A stretch of 64,000 nt of DNA from assembly GCF_009834535.1 (NCBI RefSeq), contig NC_045696.1:48424001-48488000 (forward strand), given 5' to 3'. Below the pieces are notes generated by a model that was given only the letters and a program-made list of their open reading frames with translations, was not told the DNA's origin and ran no database searches. This document shows, in pieces, positions 37,596 to 52,229 of the stretch. The translations under genes were made by a program, and so were the position numbers. This DNA comes from Camelus ferus. Its lineage: Eukaryota. Numbering within the stretch: position 1 is the first letter of the stretch; each line of letters starts with the position of its first letter.

Positions 37596-39319
37596 TACTC
37601 TGATACTGAAGTTATCTTTTCCCTTTTTGCTCACACTGTTTCCATTTCTACTCTTTGAGTACCAGGCTTATAGTTCATACTTCTTTACATTCTTCTTAAT
37701 ATGAAGCACAATATCATTCCCATGAAGGTTAATTAACACATGTTGGATGATCCACATTTGGTAGCCAGTGAAATCAAGCTTAGTTTGTAACTTCTGGATT
37801 AAAACTGGCAAATGTTTACATGGTTCCATGCTTGAGAAATATTTCTGCAATTCTAAATGTAAGCAGAGTTCTGATCCCCTTTTCTGTCAAAATCTTGAGT
37901 GGTTCATTACCCACAAGCTGTAGCGTAATAATAATATGTTCTAGAGCAAAAGTAGGATCCAGTTATGGAAATTAGAACTGGCAAGGAATTGTGGTTTTGC
38001 AAATAAGTGTTCATAAAACACACTGAAATTTCAACAAAGATTTAGTTAGAATTTTCTAACTGGCTAACAGTAATTGACAATCCCACTTCCAAAAATGGTC
38101 TTGAAGTGTTATAAATGTTGGAATTACCTAATATCAAAAAACTGATGTGTTAATGAATTAAGTCATAGCAGATTATTATGATCCAAGCATCAATCAGTCA
38201 GTTTCCAGATTTTGTGAATTTGGCACCATCAGTATTTGGCTAAAGCCACCCAAATAATAAAGGCAAAGCAATACTGCTGCCAGAATTGTAGTTTAAATTT
38301 ACTATCATGCCACTAGTTTATTTTAGAACAAGTTACTTTGTTAGGTCCATAGTTGCTTCCACATACAAAAATAAACTTTGATATTTTAGGAGATCATAGC
38401 TATGAGGTAAAGATTCATTATATACGAAGTATCATTTTATATCACTTAATAGGTTAGGGAAAAATGATAGAGAAAAACAGTTTTAGCAGATAAAAGTTAA
38501 ATCATAGATTAGTTCTCTGGTTTACTAATGTACTTAAACTCTGACAGTGTATATGATTTTGAGTTTAAAAATATCCTAACATCACCAGATTTTATTATTT
38601 AAAGTTGGAAGAAGATATCCTTTTCAGTGGTGATAAAAATTATATTGAAACTACAGGAAATAGTGAAAATGATGACTTTGAAAAATAGGCAGGTTCTCAT
38701 CAACTCCATAGTCACTGGCTTTATATGTCTTTAGTGCTTTCTATTAAAGATCTGTATGACTGTTTTCAACATGAAACAGCCTCTTTGGATTCGTGTAAAA
38801 GCAGTGGGCTTCTTAACTTAAGTCTCCTGCCAACACCAGCCTGAAGCATTTTAAAACTAAGCATAGTGGGAGTAGCAAAACCTCCAAGGTTCAAATCTAC
38901 ATGTATGACATGTGTCTGAGACTGTGACTGAAGCCCCACAAAATTTATCTCATCACATTTCCACAGTCTGGAACAGCTGCATTTTAAGATCTAGAATGAA
39001 AGGCTCTTTCAATATTATAGTTGTTGGTGAAAATTCAGGCATGATCACTATATTGAAAAATCACTCTTAATAGGTTAACACACCTTCAAAGATGGAAAAC
39101 ATTCTACAAAGCATGAATCCAAAACTTGTATTCTAAAACCAGTTTACATAACCAAGTAGTTTTATGTTTTTAGCATTCATTGTTCTTTAAGGTTAACAGT
39201 CTGTATTTTTATTAGCAATAGAATTAGCTTATTTAAAGAAATACAACAAAATCAACCTTGATTTTGGAGACACAAATCACAAATACTTCAAGAGTATATA
39301 CATTTTTGTGTAAAAGACC

Positions 39320-41600
39320 AATATTACATGTTGTAATAATGCCACTAAATAATATTTTAAAAACAAATACACAATGAGTTACTGTCTTTCCTTTTGGTCT
39401 CTTTATTTTGGTGCTGATTCACAGAAAGTTTAAATGATTTGTTCCAGGACTCACAGATTACCAAACTGATGTTTATAGTAATCAGCAATACTACATCATT
39501 GTGAGCAAAGAATATTTTTATAGAAGGAACTGTTGTGCTCAGTTCAATCTTTTGCATAATGAAGGCTCACCATGCCCACAAACATGTTTATTTGGGATGG
39601 CAAGCTTAAATTGAACCATTACACACTCTCCAATAGTTTTCCATTTGGAATAGATTCCATAGCCACCCGGAAAGCTTCCATGTAGATCCAGATTGGCATG
39701 TATCTCACCACAATGCAGCAGACTCTGACAGGGTAAGAATGTCACAGGGCTGCTGCAGTAGGTCAGCAGTGACGCATGTAATGGAAAAGCAGTGAGAAAA
39801 CCCACAGTTGCAAAAATAGAGTAATACAATAACTTAGTCCAAGTTAGTCCCTGAAAAGGTTGAGAAATGGGCTTCACATTTAGGCTTTTCAGTTTGATAG
39901 CACAACATCCTAGATATGAAAGTGATGCTTTCAAAAAACTGTACCATAGAATATAATGATTAAGAACTCCGGCTCTGCTGTGAAACAGATTTCACTTTGA
40001 TTCTTAGTGGTGTCTTTATAATCTCCATGAGTTTGGGCAAATTACTTAAACTTGGTAAGTCTTTTCCTTTGATAAATTGATAGATTTAGTGATGACATCA
40101 ACCTCACAGAGGGGTTCTAAGGCTTAAGATGTTAAGTGATGTGAAGTGCTTAGCACTGTCTGAAGAATGGTAAGTGTTCAATAAGCTCTAAATATTTTTA
40201 ATGTAGTCCATCAAAAGAAGTTCACAATTGACATAGTGGTAGAACCAACCTAATGATACTCACTAAACTCAGTCTTCCTAATTCAGTAATTGTATGTATG
40301 GGTCTGCCTATTATAATAGAAACAAGGTAATTACAGGTTATTTTCGATCATTATCCATGTACATGGATATTTTCCACAGTCCATCAAGTAAAATGTGTGA
40401 TGATTTAAGCATAAATACTTTGAAGAAAACCATACTCACCTCATTGTTAGGACTTCCCCAAGATACCAATTTATGTTATGGACCATTTGTATTTAGTAGT
40501 TTAACAATCTTGACTTAGTTTCTCATATGGGGGGGAAAAAAGATACACACTTAATTTCAACCTGTCAATGTAATACCTGAAATTGTATCAAATACTGCTT
40601 TGGAGACAAGATTTAGTTTATTAATATTTTAACTGGTTTAGAGTATCTGTTGTTCCACACCAAATCTCTTTTTTCAGATCTTTATGGAACTATGGAACTA
40701 TACATAGTAAAAATGTAATCTAAGGGGTGTCATGTCAATGAAGAAAATGAATTAGTGAAAATTAAAGAATCAAGTTTGAAGTAAAGTTGTGTCACAAGTT
40801 ACAGTGCATTTGGTGGCTATGATAAAATTGTGATATGAGACTTTAAATTTTATGTGACTTTTTAGAAATGTGAATTATACTAAGGCTTGTATAATAAGAT
40901 GATTTTTGATAATGTTCCATAATGAGAGTCTACGTGCAATTTATTTATTTCTAGGTAGGTATCTTTGGTAGAAAATGATAAGAATGGCTATAGTTTCCTC
41001 TGGAAACAGTTGCTAATTTGGGAAGAGTAGTAGCTAGACTTTATAGTTATGTTGTCAGATGATGTTTTGTAATGAAAGTTATTTAAATGGATAAAACATC
41101 TAATCTGTATTAATTGACTTAAAACGTTGGAGACCTAAAGCATTGGAGTTGGAACCGACTCTAAAGAAAAGTGTGCAGAAGAACATCAGAGGAGGAGATG
41201 TGGGACACATCAGAGCCATATGCAGGCTCTCACTGAAGTGATGAAGTCTGGGTTTGGAAGCTGTGCTGGTAGAGGAGAGCCTATGCCATGGGTTGGTGGG
41301 GTAGGAAATCTTACAGAAAATGTGTCTCCTTGTGATTAACTTGTCTAAATGTCTCATAGTCGTATTTTCTCCAATGAAGTGAATATATGACCTATTTTTT
41401 TTTATTTCTACATTTTAGATGTATATGCTCAGGGCAAATACATACTCTCCCTGTTCACCTCATTTTTGGCTACAATTTTGGGGCATAAGTGCATGTCATT
41501 TAATGCCAGTCTAAATAACCAAGATAAAATTTATTCCTATGTTTTTTTTTTAACCTCCAGTATCTAGAATGGGACTGTAGATTATTACTAATCCTTGATT
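39320..41600 (-). mobile_element. Ancient CR1/L3-type LINE reverse-transcriptase fossil
   Basis: Minus-strand motifs in order: RHIFCKISYPTN ~41320 (~QHGFxKGRSCLTN), SKAVFDTIS ~40600 (~SKAFDTV), VSWGS ~40460 (~VPQGS), SMYMDND ~40360 (~YADD), SYLG ~39915, KLLESV* ~39630 (~KLERVQ). Confidence 0.6.
39940..40195 (+). mobile_element. MIR SINE interrupting the CR1 fossil
   Basis: ttgggcaaattacttaaac...gtgaagtgcttagcactgtctga...gtaagtgttcaataa. Confidence 0.8.
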
Positions 41601-42129
41601 CAAAGCATATACTCATCATTGGTACATGTATGGACTACTTCTATTTGTTTAGTAAGTTATTTAGTAATTATTCTAAGTTAAGAAAGGGCAAACTCCTCTA
41701 GTATGAGGAAAGTAATTTATCATTGTCCAGTAGCCTGGGAGTCTGGTCATACATACAAAGCGGCCACTAATTACAAAGGAATACATACATTCCATTCCTG
41801 GGAATTGCTGTTAGGGATTTTCTAAACTGTTAAGGATTGTGCATCCCCGAAATGGCAGAATTTAACTCTGATAACATGCTACTAACTGCATGTTGTATTC
41901 TAAAAATGTGAGAGAGGAATTTAAATGGAAAATGTATATAAGATGCAAATCTTGTATCAGTTTCTACAGGACAGAATTGTAAAATAATTTAATATCAAAT
42001 ACTTGGAGAGATATCATTCTAATACCACTCATGCCCTCTTTCTTTTAGAACCAGTTATTCCCCCTAGAGTTTTCAATTTCCTGAATCTCTCTGCAGCATT
42101 TCAGTCTAGTGTACATGTTACCCTGTTTT

Positions 42130-42930
42130 TTTTCCCCTTCTGTTTACAGTAAACTCCCATCAACAGCAGTGAAAGCTTGTCATCTTCTTTTCCTCATCAG
42201 ATGCTAACTTCTAAACTCCCACTTTCCATGTAAGAATGCTATGCCAAAGGTTACCAGTAATATACAAATAAGGTTCAATCCCCAGAACACTTACCTTCTC
42301 CAGCATTCAAGCCCTCATATCTTTTACCCCTTCTTGTAGCTCTTCACTTCTCCTGCCTTGGGTTTGTCCCTCCATGACCAACTATGTTCCTGATTTTAAT
42401 TCTTTCTCTGGCTTCTTAAATTTAGGAGTACCTTAAGATTGAGACTTCAGCTTTTTGCTCTTCTTTGTCTAGATTCTGTTTAGTCACTGTCTTAAAGAAA
42501 TTATCCACTTCAGGGATCATGTCTGAGTTGGTGACTCCTACATCTACATCACCAGCATCTTTCCTGAACTATAAGCCCTGCATGTGCAACTGCACACTGA
42601 GCATTTGCACTTGGACATATCTGTGTTACCTCAACTAAAGTGTGATTGGCACTGAATTATATCCTGGGATAAACAAACTGTCTTTAACCTTTTATCTACT
42701 CTGTTAGATTTAGCATTTCTCTCTCAGCCAGGCTTAAAATAAAAGTTATCTCTGACTCTTAACTAGAAACATTGAGGTTATTTAACCTTTCTAATTCCAA
42801 CTTCTCTCACCTGAAAATGAGTATGATAAGTCCTATCTCGGAGTGTGTTCTAAAGATTAAGCTGCATAGAGCACTCAAAATACATAGCACAGTGCCTGCC
42901 ATGTAAAAAGCCCTTTTTGTTATTATTACG
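42130..42930 (+). mobile_element. L2 fragment followed by MIR fragment
   Basis: tgccaaaggttaccagtaa; gactcctacatctacatc; then cacctgaaaatgag...tagcacagtgcctgccatgt. Confidence 0.65.
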
Positions 42931-43948
42931 TCATGTTTCAAAATGTGATGATTTAGTATTTGCATATATACTTCTTTAAAAATTTATGGTCTTATTGAAA
43001 TTACAGTCAAAATGTCTATAGAATATTTTTCAGAACTTGACAAAATATATCTAAATAGGCAAGATTAGTCTAGCAGATTCTGAAATAGAATAATGATAAG
43101 GACATATCACATGTGCTATTGTAACTGTTTTTATACTTTAGTTTTATATCTGATAAACACCTTTTTGTATAATAAGAAAATTACTTAGAAATAAATAATT
43201 AATTTAGGAAATCATAAAGGAAAAGTATGTATTGCCTGGACAACAAGAAAATTAAAAATTTTATCCATAAAAAAAGCCAGACCAAATTAAAAAGGCAAAT
43301 AGTTCCTTAAAAAAGAAATTTTCTCACTGGCATTTTAGATACTGTACAAAACTGTATATACTATATACTAATCAGAGTATATAAATACTATATATAAAAT
43401 ACTAGTGAAATATTTTTCAATAGTGTTTTAGTTACTATATCAACTACATATGAAAGTGACTCTTTTCTAGCAACATAGTTAGTATATGGCCATTAATAAA
43501 AAGAAACAAACTATGTAATTTGATGAGCAAACTTAGGATCTCATTGCAGTTTAAATTCCAATTTCTGTTACATGTAACTTGAAAACTTTTCCTTTCTGTT
43601 GACCATTTTTATGTGTTTGTAAAAGTCATTTTTAAAAGCCGTTGAGAAAGTGCAGTGGTGATGGAGGACGGTAGTTTGAGCAAATCTATCATCTCCTTCT
43701 TAAACACTTTGAGCAGATGGTGTATTTTAAAGGCACATTGTTGATTGAGAAAAGATTGCTCCATGCCCAATTAAGTTCTCATCTGCAGAGATGTCTAAAG
43801 AAAGTTGAACAACTTAAAAGCAAACACAGTGTATATTTTTTCTGGAATAGGATAGAGTCATGATGAGAGAGTTGGGTTTTCTAACATGGTCAAATTTTAA
43901 CTACGCCTTGTAAACGAATATGCACAAGAGTAATATTCTCAATAAACT

Positions 43949-44520
43949 CTGTTGACTTGGAGAAGCATAGAGGCTCAGTAGAGGGAGACTAAGTCTGAAC
44001 AGTTTATGGGAACCCAAGGGGACTCAGAAATGACATGAGAGTAATACATGTGAAATAAAATATGACTCTCATGTATCTATTGTTGAGGGAGAATTAATAT
44101 TTTCATACATTTGCACAATTAGGGCTCTCTAAACAAAAATTACTGGTAACCAGGATTAAAGGATGTTTGTCTGATAAACATGCCATGGACACTGGAGACC
44201 TCCAGAGAGATTTACAGCCCTGTCTCCCCTGGAGCCTTTTACTTACATTCCAAAGAGTTGCAAACATGTAGGGATCTTCCTGTCTTCTCCAAGAGAGGAT
44301 TTGTTTAGATTGGAAACTTAACGGCTTTTCTTCTCTCTAGAGGGAAAGAGGGGCTTCTGTGCAGCAGTTCCTATATAAGCTGCAAAATTTATAATGTCTG
44401 GGTTCCTCTTCTGTGATAGAGACTCTCTCCAATTTCTCTCATCACATCACCTCAAGGAAGAGGAGGGAGTGTGGAGAATTGTGTGCTTGTAATAATGGTC
44501 TCTGATCCAGAAACCTTGAA
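43949..44520 (+). mobile_element. Probable old solo LTR
   Basis: TG start, cctatataagc TATA-like box at ~44370, tctctgatccaga U5-like end; family not recognised. Confidence 0.4.
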
Positions 44521-46420
44521 TTTTCTTACCTTGTATTAAAAATGTGTCATCCGTTTTCATTTGTGGATGTTAAAAGCTACACAGATCTTAAGAGAAGTGT
44601 CTGATTCTCTCTCTTGTTGCTGGTAATTGTGTTCTAACTTATTGTTGTATTCTTATAGGCACAGAATGCATAAATAGTACTAGTTATTTGCATAGTACTG
44701 TGGGCACTCTGGGCCTCGTATGTCCTTAGGGACCATGGAGCTTTGAGAAAGGGGAATTGCTAGCAAACGTGGAGGCAAATGAAACCAAATAAGACAGGAA
44801 AAACAGTAACAATACTTATGGGGTTTGAAGTCATGATACTTAGCAACATTTAATGAGCTAGATTTTTCAAGGTCCACAGAGGAGTGGTTCCCAAATAGAG
44901 CTTAAAATCCATTCAGATATGAAAAGAGAAAGATGAGGGCAAATTCACTGCAGTGAGTTTTTTTCCATAATGAGAAATACTCTGAAGGACTGGCCTTTTT
45001 TCTGAGATTTGCTTTCTACCTTTTGAAGTTAAAATATTGAACAGTAATGATAATGGCAAATTATATTTCATCTGTTGGTTCATCACACGATGGTAAATGT
45101 CTGTGTAATTGTTTCGAAATTGTATTATCAATGAAAGCATAGTCTTGGAGCCACGTCTTTAATGATTTGTATTTCTTACTATAGTTCTATCAGCAACCTT
45201 AGATGAAAGTGGATGCCTTGAGTTAGGATGTGATACAATGAACCTCAGGTGTAGATAACTCAAAGATACAAACAACTAAGTCATTGTTAAATCTTAAAGT
45301 AGAAAATGTGTTGCCTTATTATCTGCATGTACATTTAAATATATATATTTAATATATTTGCAAACAGATTTAATATTCGTCTAAGAAATGAGAAACAGGA
45401 AATTTTTTATATATTTGTATATGTATGTATATGTATGTATATTCACATATACATACATATAACATTGAGACAAATCACTTTCCTTCCTCTACAAGTTTCT
45501 TCTTAGAAGATATTACTCATTTCCTCCTGAAATAGTAAAACCCTCTTAAATAGATGGTATTATTGGTGAACATAGTTTTATAAAAATTCTTAAGAATACC
45601 TCAAACTTTACCTTAGTTATAATGCTGAATTTTCCAGGATTGATAAGCATCAATTCCAAACTGAATTGCATAGGAGAACTAGAAAAATTTAACTAATAAC
45701 CAAATCTTATCTGTTAAATTTACTGTCTTTAAAATGATTCTCCAATTTAGTTTAATTTTGATACTGGCTTCCACTTTTACTATTTTACTCATTAGTTAAA
45801 TCTCAATTCTGTAGGTTAGAGACTATGGTTATTCACATTGCATCATTCTTAAGCACTCCTGCTTTGCTCGGTATATTGGGTCAATAAATATTCTTAGAAG
45901 ATCTAGGGAATGGTCAAAGTAGAGAACAAATATCCATCCTATCAATGGTGGTACCCATGTGAAACCATAATTCTCTGGATTTGACACCACATTTCTGGCT
46001 CTCATTGTGGTCCATGTGGATATTGCCTTCTTGGAGTTCACCCCAGTCAATGAATGGAAAAATTATGAGGCAATAGTAAAATCCAGAGGTCATTTTCAAA
46101 AACTCAAGACAGAGATCACAATAAGGATAATGTCATAGAGAATGTTTCTATCCTTTTAAATTTTTATTAATTTTAATTCCATTCCTAGCAGCTTCTCTCA
46201 ATATGGATTCCTGTCCTATAAGAAATCCCTTGTAGCTCTCAAAGAATAGCTCATTAATGTTAAGAAAAGGACGTATGTGCTATCCTAATAGTAATGGCAA
46301 ATGCCAAACTTTTGTGGATGTGTGTAGGAGTGTATGAAAGGTGCCTGGCTGACTACTATGTATAAAAAATGTATAAATGGTGATTTAATTTTGTAACATA
46401 TTATATATATACACACACCA

Positions 46421-46459
<39 letters not shown>

Positions 46460-46769
46460 CCTATGCATAGGCACATGTATATCAAAGCAATATGGTAAAC
46501 ATTGAACAAAATAAGATTCTAGATCATTTTAATTTTGTTCTTTTAATTTTATGAATTTTATCTTAAGATAAACAAATAAATCTTGAACAATTATGAAACT
46601 ACATTGTTCTGATTATATCCAGGGTTAGTTCAATATTATGAACTTGACAAACTTGGATACCAGGAGGAAACAATTGAGATGAATTATGTACAAACTAGGT
46701 AATAAGAAGGAAGATCAAGATACAAAGAGAACTGGAGAAATATTGGAGAAGACCGTGTGTGTGAGAAGG

Positions 46770-47110
46770 TATATATAGTGAAATGCTGTTTTAAAAAGCT
46801 GTCTTCAAATTTCAGAAGGGCTACCATGTTAAAGATATGTGGATATTTGTATATATGCCTATGAGCATTTATCCTGAGTAACTTCAGAGGACAAGAACTA
46901 AGGTCAGTGGGGGAAGATAGGGGAAAGGAAATCTATGTACAATTCAATTTTTAAAATCTAACATTCTAAATCTAACAGTTTAAAATTTGAATATTTGATC
47001 TTATGAAGTAGTAAAACCCCTTCCTTTCTCTTTACTCCCTTCAAAATTTTCAAGCAGAGGTTAGAATGTTTGAGTAAATGTACATTCCAAATCTGAAATT
47101 CTAGCACTGT
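46770..47110 (+). mobile_element. L3/CR1 3'-end fragment
   Basis: agctgtcttcaaatttcagaagggctaccatg...cagaggacaagaactaaggtcagtggg...ttcaagcagaggttag. Confidence 0.65.
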
Positions 47111-47439
47111 AAGAATTAAACACAATTATTTTTCTGATTATGTATGGATCATAAATTCTTATATAATTTAAAAATATTTTATCATTAAGTTAGAACCCTG
47201 ATTTTGATAGTTATAAAAGTTGGATTATTTAAAAAACTGTTCAAAGTAGGAGATGCAAATGAAAAACTTGTTTCTTCACAAATTATTCACTAGTCTAGTC
47301 TTTGAAGGAATTATCCAAATTCCTAATTTAATGAAACCTAAACTTTTGTTTTATCATTCCTCAACCTCCGCCAAAACTTGAGTGACTTATTTTGTTGCTC
47401 TTTAAACCTTACCTCTGACTCTTTCCGATTTTTTTCACA

Positions 47440-47650
47440 CAGAGAGGCAGTAAATATAAAAGTATATTTAGAAACAAAGGCTAACAACTGGCCTGGCAAC
47501 TTATTAGCTTTGTGACCTTGAATAAACTCATAACCTTTCTGAGATATTAATGCCTATTCCAGTCATTTATTTACTGTTGAGTCTGAAATGGTGTAATATG
47601 AATATGTAATCTGTACCATGGAGCCTGGCCTAGAATATTAACTACTAATA
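47440..47650 (+). mobile_element. MIR SINE
   Basis: acttattagctttgtgaccttgaataaactcataacctttctgag. Confidence 0.7.
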
Positions 47651-49204
47651 TTTGTAGCATTCAAAGCAATTGATTTCCCTGAGAACAAGTATGGTATATA
47701 TATTCTCTAAGTATTGCTTAACTTTGGGATTTCAAATCTTGAATATTTTCTAAGTTTATAGAGTTTATAGATTAATAAAGACAGACAGAAAAGCAGTTGT
47801 GATAAATATTAGTATTACTATGATAAAAAGGGTGATCACATAGTTTATTATCCTAATAGAACAGTAAACAAACACACACAGTATATATATAGAGAGAGAG
47901 AGACAGAGAGTATTTAAACATATACATTCTATTTTTTATATATGTAAATGTTTTGTAGAAGTAACATACAAAAATTATTTATAAACATTATTGAACTTAA
48001 GAGAGCATTTCACCTTAGGTATTTTCTCAATCCATAAATACAAGAAATACAATCACTGTATCAGGAGGGGGAGGGGTCTATGTAATTTCTTAACTTTAAG
48101 AAATTGGCTTCAAGAATCTATAATAAAACACTGTAGTGAAATAAGTAGATAATTCCACATAATACCTAAACAAACATATATCAGAAACCTATCAATTTCC
48201 ATTATTCATATGACTATGTGAACAATGTTAATCAGAAATACTGTATAGTGGTCGTTTAATGATGAATATTGTCCCAAGCTTCTTTTTGCGTTTTAAAAGT
48301 AAGTAAAACCGTAAGGAAAAAAAATGGGTGACCTTTCTCAGAACCTCATTAGTCTCTATATAATCCTTAATATCTACCTATCTTTTCTCCATTGTAATTA
48401 ATGTACTTCAGTCAGACTCAGTTAGCTAATGATGTTTTTATATTTCTGATTTGGTTTAATTTAATTTTCTTAATATTTAGGCGAAAAGCAGATTGAGTTT
48501 ATGCAGAAATTCAATGCATTAGTAGCTGTCTCCTCCTCTTCCAGTATTTCTACTTTTATTCCTTGCACTGACTCCAGTGATCTAATTCTTGAAGTTGCAT
48601 TTATACCATTCTCTGGGGAAACTTTTTACAACTATGTTCTGAAGCAGGTAGCACATGAAGAAAATAGTTGCTCAGATATGTGTGAAAAGAAATGGAAGAT
48701 ATGCCAAGGTATTGGAGCGGGGGGTGGGGGGGATGTGTGAAAGCTGTATTTCTTTAGATAGAATGTGAGTTAGGTCAACTATATTTAGGATTTCACCTGT
48801 TTGTGCCTATTTTGTTCAGTTAAACTGAAATCAAAGATTTATTTATCCAAAAGAAGTTTGAGTGAATTAGATTAACTCTTTACAGCCACTAAGGTGATAT
48901 TCACTCCCAAAAGGTAGAAACAATGTAGACTTGGTATATAAAGACACTGTGTCTAGCACTTAATTTTTGCTCACAAGTTTAGCTGAATGAAAAAAAGAAT
49001 GTAATCATTCTTATTAGTTGTATGTCAGTGACTCAAACACATTTATGTCCTGTTGTAGAACAGGAATAAATGAGGAAAGAAGGAGATTAAATTGAGAAAT
49101 AGCCTGGCTTGGATTCCAGCCTGTTTGTCATTCACTGGGTAGTGAGATGTTGGACTGTTGGATGTTGGACTGAGCATCCAAATTCCTGTTTGCTTTATCA
49201 AAAT

Positions 49205-49650
49205 ACTTAAGAGTCTTTTGGTTGCAAGTGACTGAAAACCAATAAAAAGTATTTTGGCAATTAAGATAATACATTGGCTAATATAATCAAACTGAATCAA
49301 GAACAGGAATGAAACTTGGGGATGCTCAGAACCAGAGACTCCAGTACTGCCTGGATTTCTTTCTTTGCTTCCCTTTATTTTCCTTTCACTTTGATCAGCT
49401 TTCTCTTCATGGCTTTTCCACTAAAAAACACAGACCTGTGTTTCTTGGATCTAATTGGAAACATCCCAGGGTAGAGCTTTTTTTAAACTGGCCTACATCA
49501 ATTTTCTACATATAAATCCAGGGAGATGGAATAGTGTAATTGACAGCAGCCCCTGGAGTGCCATGCCTGAAGTGAGAAAAGGGGCAGGTCCCTAAATAGT
49601 GGATCCTAATCAAATAAGGGAGAAGTGATGGGCATAGGAAAAAGTAGATG
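49205..49650 (-). mobile_element. Old MLT1-type LTR
   Basis: gagtcttttggttgcaagtgactgaaaacca is a characteristic old MLT1 terminus. Confidence 0.6.
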
Positions 49651-49924
49651 CCAACTATGTGAATAAGGTTGTTATCAGAATTATAAATAAGTAAACAAAC
49701 AAGCAAACAAACCAACCCAAATCTGGCACATACTAATTACTTAATACATATAGATTTTCTTTTCCTTTCATTCAATCTCTTAGAAATGTCAGAATGCCTG
49801 AAATGACTCTAACACCTTAGTTCTACTGGATCTTCTATTTCTATAGTCAAACTGGATGTATTTCTTCAAGAATTACTTTGAAATCCAAGTTTGTTCAATT
49901 AAAAAGTTATTCTCCAAGTAAGAA

Positions 49925-50150
49925 GATAGCATGATGTTGTAACTAAGCAACATTTTTAGTCATAGAGAGTTGGGTTGTAATACCACTTTTGCCACTTACT
50001 AGCTCTGTGTCCTTGGGCAATTAATTTTTCTCTAGCTCAGTTTCCCCATCTATGAAATAGGGAAGAGGTCATTTTAAGAATGTGGTAATATTTATGAATT
50101 GCTTAGCAGAGTATTTGGAAGCCAATAAGTAAATGATAGTTATTATTAAG
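49925..50150 (+). mobile_element. MIR SINE
   Basis: gccacttactagctctgtgtccttgggcaa...ctcagtttccccatctatgaaatagg. Confidence 0.85.
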
Positions 50151-50812
50151 ATAGTTCAAGAGGTCCTTTATTTTCCAAGTAATCCATGCATAGCAACTTT
50201 TCCCATCCAGGAGAACTTGATGCCCTGAAGATGACCAGTGGATATTCATTTGAGCATCAACACTTAGTGTTTTGATCTTTAAATATTTTTCTCTATATAG
50301 AGATACTGCTTTTTTTTTTTTTTAAGAAAGACAGCATCAGTGTAAATCAATGAGAGTAGCAAATGAAAAGTTCATCATTTGTGAATCCTAATTTCAATTT
50401 TTCCTTTCATGTATTTTGTGATTTTGAAGAAGTCATTAGCTTCTTCCTTCTTTCTGTTTGGCTAAATCTTTATCATCTGTAAATCTTAAATGAAACACTA
50501 TATCTCAGTATCCTAGCTTGCTCGCAAAGAAATAAATGATAAAAGACACTGTGAAAAGTCAATGTTTAATATTTAGCTGTAATTAATCTATGGAGTCAGG
50601 TTGTTAAAAGGGACATATGGTATATGGAATGTTTTCGTTACTCATGTAAACCAAAGTAGGTCTTAAATATTTTGATGAACCTGAAAGTTTCTGATGTTTA
50701 TTGAATTTTAAAAATAAAGAAATTACTTTCATTGTGAGGAAATAACCCACTGCCACGCCAAGGTATCTCTTAAATATAACCTTTTAACACCTACAGAACC
50801 TTTTATTAATAC

Positions 50813-51388
50813 TGTGTCTCCTACATTGGATTGGGCACATGCAGGAACGAGCAAAGGTATATATTTTATTTGATTGTGTGGTGTTTATATTCTGTTGGGA
50901 AGAAGATATAGGAGCAAACAGTAGGAGTCAGTGGCTGAGGCAGTCATAGGAGTACACTGTTCAGATCTTTGATAAGAGAACTTACTAAAAGAGTAGAGTT
51001 AATTGACAGCCTGCACTGAAGTGTTCATGCTGAGGCTGCTCTCTTCTCAGGATCCTTCCAGCTAATGACTGTGCCTGGTGAGGGTACTCCAGTCATTCCA
51101 CTGCCCAATCAGTGACTCTTCTAATGGGAAAAGTTTGCTCCGGGGCTCCTGATAAGCCAAAGAAGACCATCAAGGCTTTTTCAGAACTGCACTATATTCT
51201 GAGGTTCTTCTTATCCAATCTTTCTTTCTTATTACTTCCTTTAACAGGAGTCAACCTGCATTGAGGTCTGAGGGCTCCTCCAACTCTCTTGCTCTTTCCT
51301 CCTTTTTCACAAATATTTCATTCAATAAATCTCTTGAATGACTAATCTCACCTTCATGTCTGCTTTTCCAAGGAAATGTACTGATACA
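50813..51388 (+). mobile_element. LTR16-like ERVL solo LTR
   Basis: TGTG start; caataaatctcttgaatgactaatctcacc...tctgcttttcc...gataca end, complementary to the LTR starts at 6566 and 7153. Confidence 0.7.
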
Positions 51389-52229
51389 GTATCCAAATGA
51401 GCATTAAAACTGATGATTTTAAGATTAGAGTCCTAGTTGTATAGGGATATTAAAATCATAATGAGGTCATTTAGTTCTTTTCAAAAAGGCTAAAGAAACC
51501 AGTAAGTTTAACCTGACTACTTCTGTATAAATTATTATTTACTAGTTACAATTAGTTTCCTAGAAAAAAAAAATGAAGTAGTCAGTGTTTTGTGTTGCCT
51601 TCCTATTCACAATCTTGTTTTTAAAATGAATCGTCATCCTCAGCTCCACAACCCCACATTCCAGTCATAGCTGACTGGATCAAAGACCCACCAGTCCTTG
51701 GAAAGATAGTCCTTGCCCATTGCTGAGATAATAAAATTTCCTTTAGGAAGAATATATGCAGTAAATATAAAGATTGTAGTCTATGCGTGGTGCATCCTAG
51801 ATCTGGAAGAACATATAGACGTGTGTTGGTAGTTGGTTTGAGTTCTCTACAAAAGGATGACAATCATGAGAGGAAAAGGTAAAAGCAGAGAAGAGATCGT
51901 AAAGACCCCGAGAGGTGGAGAGAACAACCTTATTTTCATTTTCCAGTTTTGTCTCAGGTCACTAAGTTCTGTCTGTACATCATTCTCTGTCTATGAAGTA
52001 TCAAAGAAACTTAACTATTTGAATGTTCAAGTAATTAGGGTACAGGGCATAATTTAGTTGTAGTGGAAGGTAAACTTGAACTAATTAAGTGGAGCAAGTT
52101 ACTGAGAGTCAGTAAACCTGAGGATGAGATGAAAAATGTGAAATTTGTATTAGAGACAACATGGAGTCAATGAGATCCAGAAATCCTTTCAGGAAGTAGG
52201 TAGAAGTTAAATTATGCTCCTACAAGTCA

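Noticed and set aside
40352..40369. Perfect 18-bp palindrome tatccatgtacatggata
   Set aside because: Isolated, lies within the CR1 fossil, and nothing supports a function
48481..48647. Open 167-nt candidate exon (EKQIEFMQKFNALV...YNYVLKQ) between ag and gt
   Set aside because: Weak donor (gtagca), no recognisable homology and no partner exons; RNA-seq or conservation data would be needed
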